Of a stretch of 64,000 nt of DNA, positions 59,061 to 64,000 are shown piece after piece (the stretch's first letter is position 1; each line of letters starts with the position of its first letter). Location: assembly GCA_965222505.1 (NCBI GenBank), contig OZ244956.1, forward strand, positions 788,581-852,580. The letters run 5' to 3'. Made by a program: the position numbers and the translations under genes. The notes below the pieces were generated by a model, which was not told the origin of the DNA, ran no database searches, and was given only the letters and a program-made list of their open reading frames with translations. The stretch is from Rhodothermales bacterium. GTDB taxonomy: Bacteria; Bacteroidota; Rhodothermia; Rhodothermales; DATKEJ01.

Positions 59061-60092
59061 ATGAGAACATCCAAGGTCATTCATGTGGTGAGTTGCCATG
59101 CAGAAGGGGAAGTTGGAGATGTGATTGTCGGGGGCGTGGCCCCACCGCCGGGAGACACCATTTGGGAGCAGCGTTGTTTCATCGAAAAAGACGACCGTTT
59201 GCGGCGCTTCGTGCTGAACGAACCGCGCGGTGGGGTATTTCGGCATGTGAATCTGTTGGTTCCTCCCAAAGACCCCCGCGCACAGATCGGCTGGATCATC
59301 ATGGAGCCGGCCGATACCCCACCCATGTCGGGTTCAAATTCGATCTGCGTGGCAACGGTGGTTCTTGACACAGGCATCATTCCGATGACTGAGCCGGAAA
59401 CGGAGCTTTTGATCGAAGCCCCAGGGGGGGTGGTGAAAGCACGTGCGCGGTGCCGAAATGGCAAGGCGGAACGTATCACCATCACCAACGTGCCCTCGTT
59501 TGTCGATAAACTGGCATGTTCGCTGGAAGTGGAAGGCCTCGGCACCCTCACCGTCGATACGGCCTACGGCGGCGACAGCTTCGTGATTGTCGATGCGGTT
59601 GAGTTGGGTTTTGAAATCGTTCCGGAAGAAGCCTGTGATCTGGTCGAGACGGGCATGAAGATCACCCATGCGGCCAACGAACAGTTAGGGTTCAGGCACC
59701 CCTTGAATGCCGAGTGGAATCACTTGTCGTTCTGTCAATTTGCAGGGTCGCTGGCTGAAGAAGACGACGTACTGGTTGGGCCGAACGCGGTGGTCGTCCG
59801 CCCGGGCAAGATTGATCGATCACCTACAGGTACGGGATGTTCCGCACGCATGGCCCTCCTGCACGCGCAGGGGCGTATGAAAGTCGGGGATCGGTATCGG
59901 GCGCGGTCGATCATTGGGTCCGAGTTCACGTGTGGGATTGAAGCAGTGACTTCTGTTGGAGAAACCCGTGCAATCGTGCCGACGGTTTCAGGCCGTGCGT
60001 GGATTACGGGCACCCATCAGCTCATGCTTGATCCAGACGACCCCTGGCCCGAAGGGTATCGGCTGGCCGATACGTGGCGCATTGAAGTGTGA
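59061..60092 (+). CDS. Proline racemase-family enzyme lacking both catalytic Cys (Ser/Thr type), likely a trans-3-hydroxy-L-proline dehydratase-like dehydratase rather than a racemase/epimerase
   Basis: 343 aa; ...[16 protein letters not shown]...; first catalytic motif MSGSNS (Ser instead of Cys); second motif [11 protein letters not shown] (Thr at the canonical Cys position). Confidence 0.65.
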   Translation: MRTSKVIHVVSCHAEGEVGDVIVGGVAPPPGDTIWEQRCFIEKDDRLRRFVLNEPRGGVFRHVNLLVPPKDPRAQIGWIIMEPADTPPMSGSNSICVATVVLDTGIIPMTEPETELLIEAPGGVVKARARCRNGKAERITITNVPSFVDKLACSLEVEGLGTLTVDTAYGGDSFVIVDAVELGFEIVPEEACDLVETGMKITHAANEQLGFRHPLNAEWNHLSFCQFAGSLAEEDDVLVGPNAVVVRPGKIDRSPTGTGCSARMALLHAQGRMKVGDRYRARSIIGSEFTCGIEAVTSVGETRAIVPTVSGRAWITGTHQLMLDPDDPWPEGYRLADTWRIEV

Positions 60093-60146
60093 GGGATTGC
60101 TCTACATTTTGGGGTTATGCGCTACCCCCCCGGTACCGGCTTTGGG

Positions 60147-60184
60147 AAATAAAAACGGGACCTGCATCATTGGTGCAGGTCCCG
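60147..60184 (-). terminator. Intrinsic terminator downstream of the T9SS cargo gene
   Basis: + strand aaataaaaa cgggacctgca-tcattgg-tgcaggtcccg; on the minus strand this is a hairpin followed by a U-run. Confidence 0.7.
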
Positions 60185-60206
60185 CATCTATGGGTAGCGC
60201 CGGAGG

Positions 60207-61529
60207 TTACTTGACCAGCATGATTTTCTGGGTACTTGTAAATGACGCACCTTGTACCCGGATGAGGTACGTCCCGCTGGGCAGATCGCTGCCCGCATCA
60301 AATGTAAAGGTGTAGCTTTCCTGGCCGGTCAGCAGGCCGTTGTGGAGTACATCAATCAGTTGGCCCATCACGTTGTAGACGCCAATCTGGACCTGTTGAT
60401 CGCGGGCCACCATGAGCGTAAACTGGCCTTGCGGATTGAACGGATTCGGGTAGAATTCGCCCAGCGCGTACCCTTCGACCAGTTCGCGAGTGGCTTCGAC
60501 AACCTCGCTATACTCAAACGCTCCGTCGAAGTCGATTTGCTTGAGGCGGAAGTGGTGCAGGCCATAGTCGAGCCCTTCAATGCGGAAGGTGTAGGCTTGC
60601 GGCTCGGTAGTGGTGCCGTGGCCGTCGACCCAGGCGAGGGTTTCAAAGACGTCTTCGGCGATTTCACGCTGCACCTCGAACCCGGCATTGTCCGTCTCGC
60701 TGGCCGTTTGCCAGTTGAGCACGGCGGTATCGTCTTCCAGGATCACATCGAAGCTGGAAAGTTCGACGGGCAGTAGGTCGCTGTTGATGGCCAGTTGGGC
60801 ACTGATGATCACATCGGCCAGGGATTTGCCATGGGCGGCCCCGCTGGGCACCGTGGTGCTGGTTTGAAGCACCCCTGTAAAATCCCCAGGGCCGAAGGGC
60901 AGGCCGGTGTTGGTGAAGTCATTGGTCAGCGCATCATTGAGCACATCTCTTATCAACGGAAAGCCATCTACGCCGAACGAGGTGGCATCGGGCATGAAGA
61001 AATCTGCCAGGTTGGTGTCCATGATCTGGATATGGTTGTTGGCATTCGCCAACGTGGCACTGTCACCACCGGCCGAAGCGTCCACGTCAAAATCGGCATA
61101 TTTGAACAGGGTGATTTCCAGCGAGGGTACCCCGGCGGGGTTTGAGATGGTTAGCTCTTCCAACAATATGCCAGAGTTGCCGCCGTTGGAACCCATCAAG
61201 GTCAAGACGAGCTGCGCACCGAAACCCCGGCCATCCACATCGTTCCAGGTCAGGGTCGCGGTATTCCCGACGTAGTTCTGGGCATCCGGTGGCGGAAAAA
61301 CGGTCTCCTGCTGATCGCCCTGAATACGGTACCACCACCAGGTAGCAAACAGGTGATCGGTGCCGGTCGGCACTTCAAAGTCTGCACTCATGCCGCTGCT
61401 GCTTGTGAAATTATTAATATCGAAATTGGTCCCGCCGTCTGTGATGGTGCCCTGAGCAAGCAGGGTCAGGGGCAAACAGCAGAGTACAAAAGCGATTACG
61501 AACAAGCGTATGGTAGGATGTGATTTCAT
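60207..61529 (-). CDS. Secreted protein with a C-terminal type IX secretion system (Por) sorting domain
   Basis: 440 aa; signal peptide; C-terminal ...YPNPFNPQGQFTLMVARDQQVQIGVYNVMGQLIDVLHNG...GTYLIRVQGASFTSTQKIMLVK matches the T9SS CTD pattern. Confidence 0.8.
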   Translation of the reverse strand: MKSHPTIRLFVIAFVLCCLPLTLLAQGTITDGGTNFDINNFTSSSGMSADFEVPTGTDHLFATWWWYRIQGDQQETVFPPPDAQNYVGNTATLTWNDVDGRGFGAQLVLTLMGSNGGNSGILLEELTISNPAGVPSLEITLFKYADFDVDASAGGDSATLANANNHIQIMDTNLADFFMPDATSFGVDGFPLIRDVLNDALTNDFTNTGLPFGPGDFTGVLQTSTTVPSGAAHGKSLADVIISAQLAINSDLLPVELSSFDVILEDDTAVLNWQTASETDNAGFEVQREIAEDVFETLAWVDGHGTTTEPQAYTFRIEGLDYGLHHFRLKQIDFDGAFEYSEVVEATRELVEGYALGEFYPNPFNPQGQFTLMVARDQQVQIGVYNVMGQLIDVLHNGLLTGQESYTFTFDAGSDLPSGTYLIRVQGASFTSTQKIMLVK

Positions 61530-61689
61530 GATGCGAAGCGGTTAAATGAGAAAGACTGCACGCGTCGGTGCAGGACAAACAGCGCCTCCGGATTCATCTC
61601 CTCCTAATGTTAATAGTAATAAACAAATGGAAAAAAGTAAACCGTGCCGTAAAATTAGCACCGGATACCTCTGCACGAAAGGGGATGGC

Positions 61690-62967
61690 CTAAATGCCGG
61701 AGGCGATGAGCAGTTCGATGTCGCGGTGGGCCATGCCGAAGAGGCCGGCGAGGCTTTTCTGGGTGAGGTGGCGGCGGTAGACGTAGGTGCCGTTGCGCAG
61801 GCCTGCATTGCTCCACAGGGCCTCATTGATGCTCCCGGCCTCACCGATGTTGAGCAGGTACGGCACCAGTACATTGGTTAACGCATCGGTGGCGGTGCGG
61901 GCGGCGTTCGAGGGCATGTTCGGGACGCAGTAATGCACCACGCCGTGGCGCACAAACGTCGGGTTGGACGGTGTGGTGGGCTGGCTCGTTTCGATACATC
62001 CACCCTGGTCGATCACCACATCTACAATCACCGAGCCCTGCCGCATGGAAGTGACCATATCTTCCGAGACCAAAATGGGCGAACGTACCCCGTTGCGCAT
62101 CATCGCTCCGATGACCACATCGGCGGTACGGACGTTGTGACGCACGTACTGCTCGTTTGCCATGGCCGTCACGATGCGGCGGTCCAGGTAGTGCTCCAGC
62201 ACACGTAGGGCGCGCAGGTCGGTATCGAGCACCACAACGTGTGCCCCAAACCCCAGGGCGGTACGTGCGGCCCATTCTCCGACCACCCCGGCCCCGAGGA
62301 TAACCACTTTGGCCGGGGGTACGCCTGAGATCCCGCCGAGCATCCGACCGCTCCCCCCTTCGTTGCTTTCCAGGTACCGGGCAGCCACCTGAATGGCCAG
62401 CGACCCCATGATTTCGTGCATCATCCGGACGATGGGGTACGTCCCATCCGCATCCCGGATAAATTCAAACCCGATACCCGTCACGCACAGATCCATGAGC
62501 CGCCGGAGATAATCCGGTTTCATGTTGCCGAGGTGCAGGGCCGAAAACAGGATTTGTTTCTCCTGCAACAGGTCCAGTTCCTCTTCGCACGGGGGTCCTA
62601 CCTTAACGACGAGGTTACACTTGCTGTAGAGGTCCTCGCGGGTCAGCGCGATGCCGGCCCCTTGTTCGGTGTATTCGACATCCGAGAAATGCGCCATGGT
62701 GCCGGCCCCGGCTTCCACAAACACCTCGTGTCCATTCACCACCAGCACGCTGGCCCCGGCCGGGCTCAACGCCACCCGCCGCTCCTCATTGATCGTCTCG
62801 CGCGGCACACCGATCCGTAAAGAGGTGCGCTGCTGCCCGACCTTGGCCTGCTTTTCCAACGTCAACAGTGAGGTTTGCCCGATGCCTGTCAGTTCAGGGA
62901 CTTCCACTATAGGTACAACGTGATGTATGATGTGTGATTTCGGCTCAGGCCGAGCAAACACGTGCAA
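61690..62967 (-). CDS. ald: Alanine dehydrogenase family enzyme (start probably downstream of the listed Met; N-terminus about 50 aa over-extended)
   Basis: ...LRIGVPRETINEERRVALSPAG..., Rossmann ...VVILGAGVVGEWAARTALGFGAHVVVLD... Confidence 0.8.
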   Translation of the reverse strand: MHVFARPEPKSHIIHHVVPIVEVPELTGIGQTSLLTLEKQAKVGQQRTSLRIGVPRETINEERRVALSPAGASVLVVNGHEVFVEAGAGTMAHFSDVEYTEQGAGIALTREDLYSKCNLVVKVGPPCEEELDLLQEKQILFSALHLGNMKPDYLRRLMDLCVTGIGFEFIRDADGTYPIVRMMHEIMGSLAIQVAARYLESNEGGSGRMLGGISGVPPAKVVILGAGVVGEWAARTALGFGAHVVVLDTDLRALRVLEHYLDRRIVTAMANEQYVRHNVRTADVVIGAMMRNGVRSPILVSEDMVTSMRQGSVIVDVVIDQGGCIETSQPTTPSNPTFVRHGVVHYCVPNMPSNAARTATDALTNVLVPYLLNIGEAGSINEALWSNAGLRNGTYVYRRHLTQKSLAGLFGMAHRDIELLIASGI

Positions 62968-63045
62968 CCTGGGTAAGATACGGGTTATCGGCCACCTAAA
63001 CTACAGGTCTGTTTTACACTTCGGGGTTCGATCACACAACGTGTA

Positions 63046-63840
63046 TCACGCATCACGCCCCATCCATTGGCGCATCAAGATGCCTCCCGCTACCGAAACA
63101 TTAAGGGACTCTACCCCTTGCTGTGCCCCATCTCCCATTCCGATGCATACCCGACGATCCAGTACCGCCGCCACCTCCGGCGAGAGGCCGTGGGCTTCGC
63201 TACCCAACACCAGCACCGACGGTTTCACAGGGTTCCAGTACCGCGCCTCCTGACCAGACAAATCAGCCCCGTAGCACGTAAACCCGGCCACACACAATGT
63301 GCGTAGCGCCTCGTCCAGCGCGCCGACCGGCACCAGCGCGAGGTCCCACAGCCCTCCCATCGTGGCCCGAACCACCTTCGGACTGTACCCATCCACGGTC
63401 CCTGCCCCCAGCAACACCGCATCCACCCCAAACCAGGCTGCCGTTCGGATAAGGGTACCCACATTACCGGGGTCCTGTACGGCATCCAGGGCCAAAACCG
63501 TCAACCGGTCTGCAATGCCTTCCACGGTGTGTTTCGGCATACGCGCCACGGCCAAAATGCCCTGATGCGTCTGGACGTCCGTTAACTGTGCCATAACAGT
63601 TGCTTCGGCCTGATACACCGGTACAGCCGTATCAGAAAGCAACCGGGCCCAGCCGGGGTCTGTCAATCGGTCAGCGGAGACCACGATCATTTCCAGAGGG
63701 GCCCCGGCCTGAAGCGCCGAGGCTACAGCCCGAACCCCCTCCACGAGAAAGGCCCGCTGCCGATACCGGTACTTTTTCTGGGCCAGTGCCGCAACCTCTT
63801 TTTGACGGCGACGGGTGAGTGCAAGGACAGGATTGGACAT
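63046..63840 (-). CDS. SpoU/TrmH-family RNA 2'-O-methyltransferase
   Basis: 264 aa; SPOUT motifs ...LVLGSEAHGLS... and ...LNVSVAGGILM... Confidence 0.75.
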   Translation of the reverse strand: MSNPVLALTRRRQKEVAALAQKKYRYRQRAFLVEGVRAVASALQAGAPLEMIVVSADRLTDPGWARLLSDTAVPVYQAEATVMAQLTDVQTHQGILAVARMPKHTVEGIADRLTVLALDAVQDPGNVGTLIRTAAWFGVDAVLLGAGTVDGYSPKVVRATMGGLWDLALVPVGALDEALRTLCVAGFTCYGADLSGQEARYWNPVKPSVLVLGSEAHGLSPEVAAVLDRRVCIGMGDGAQQGVESLNVSVAGGILMRQWMGRDA

Positions 63841-64000
63841 CGAGATTCAAGGGGGTTAGCAAAAGCCTATAACAAATTCATATTGACCACCCGAAAGCGC
63901 TTCCAAACGTTGGTGCAACCGATGTATCTTTGCCCTGTTTGTACCCGATATTCGGTTTTGCATTCTTTACTGATGTTCCGCCGCTTGTCATTGATGTTGT

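Noticed and set aside
63025-63045. tRNA-like T-arm word (ggggttcgatc)
   Set aside because: No acceptor stem or anticodon-arm context. It more likely belongs to a degenerate copy of the intergenic repeat family.

Overview
This is a gene-dense, high-GC (about 60-65%) bacterial chromosomal segment. Most genes are on the minus strand. The content points to a Rhodothermus-like (Rhodothermaeota/Bacteroidota-related) organism: an Alternative Complex III operon (actABCDEF plus a small ORF) sits directly upstream of a SCO copper chaperone and a caa3-type cytochrome oxidase operon; there is a T9SS C-terminal sorting-domain protein; and HprK occurs without obvious sugar-PTS permeases.

The window also encodes an NhaP antiporter (partial), Hsp20, MetF, polyphosphate kinase 1, RF2 with its programmed +1 frameshift, RlmD, an Omp85-family protein, HprK, ClpS, PurS, a PssA/Psd pair, an MtaB-like methylthiotransferase, a patatin-Omp85 protein, one IS4/IS701-like insertion sequence with intact inverted repeats and target-site duplication, an NfeD/flotillin pair, an ECF sigma factor with a Ser/Thr kinase, an ALDH7-like dehydrogenase, and a proline-racemase-family (dehydratase-type) enzyme next to an Na+ symporter. 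No rRNA, tRNA or CRISPR array was seen.

The most unusual signal is a family of related, structured repeats of roughly 100-150 nt. They sit exactly at intercistronic junctions inside the act-cox supraoperon (and a partial copy at its leader), with further related copies and motifs elsewhere. Other points worth a second look: a chimeric membrane-fusion-protein::outer-membrane-factor ORF that looks like a deletion remnant of a tripartite efflux operon; an ECF-sigma/Ser-Thr-kinase pair divergent from a lipoprotein plus dockerin-like secreted-protein operon; and a terminator-ended leader upstream of nfeD-flotillin.

The ORF track evidently allows GTG/TTG starts, and several listed ORFs are N-terminally over-extended. 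Coordinates of small motifs read by eye may be off by 1-2 nt.
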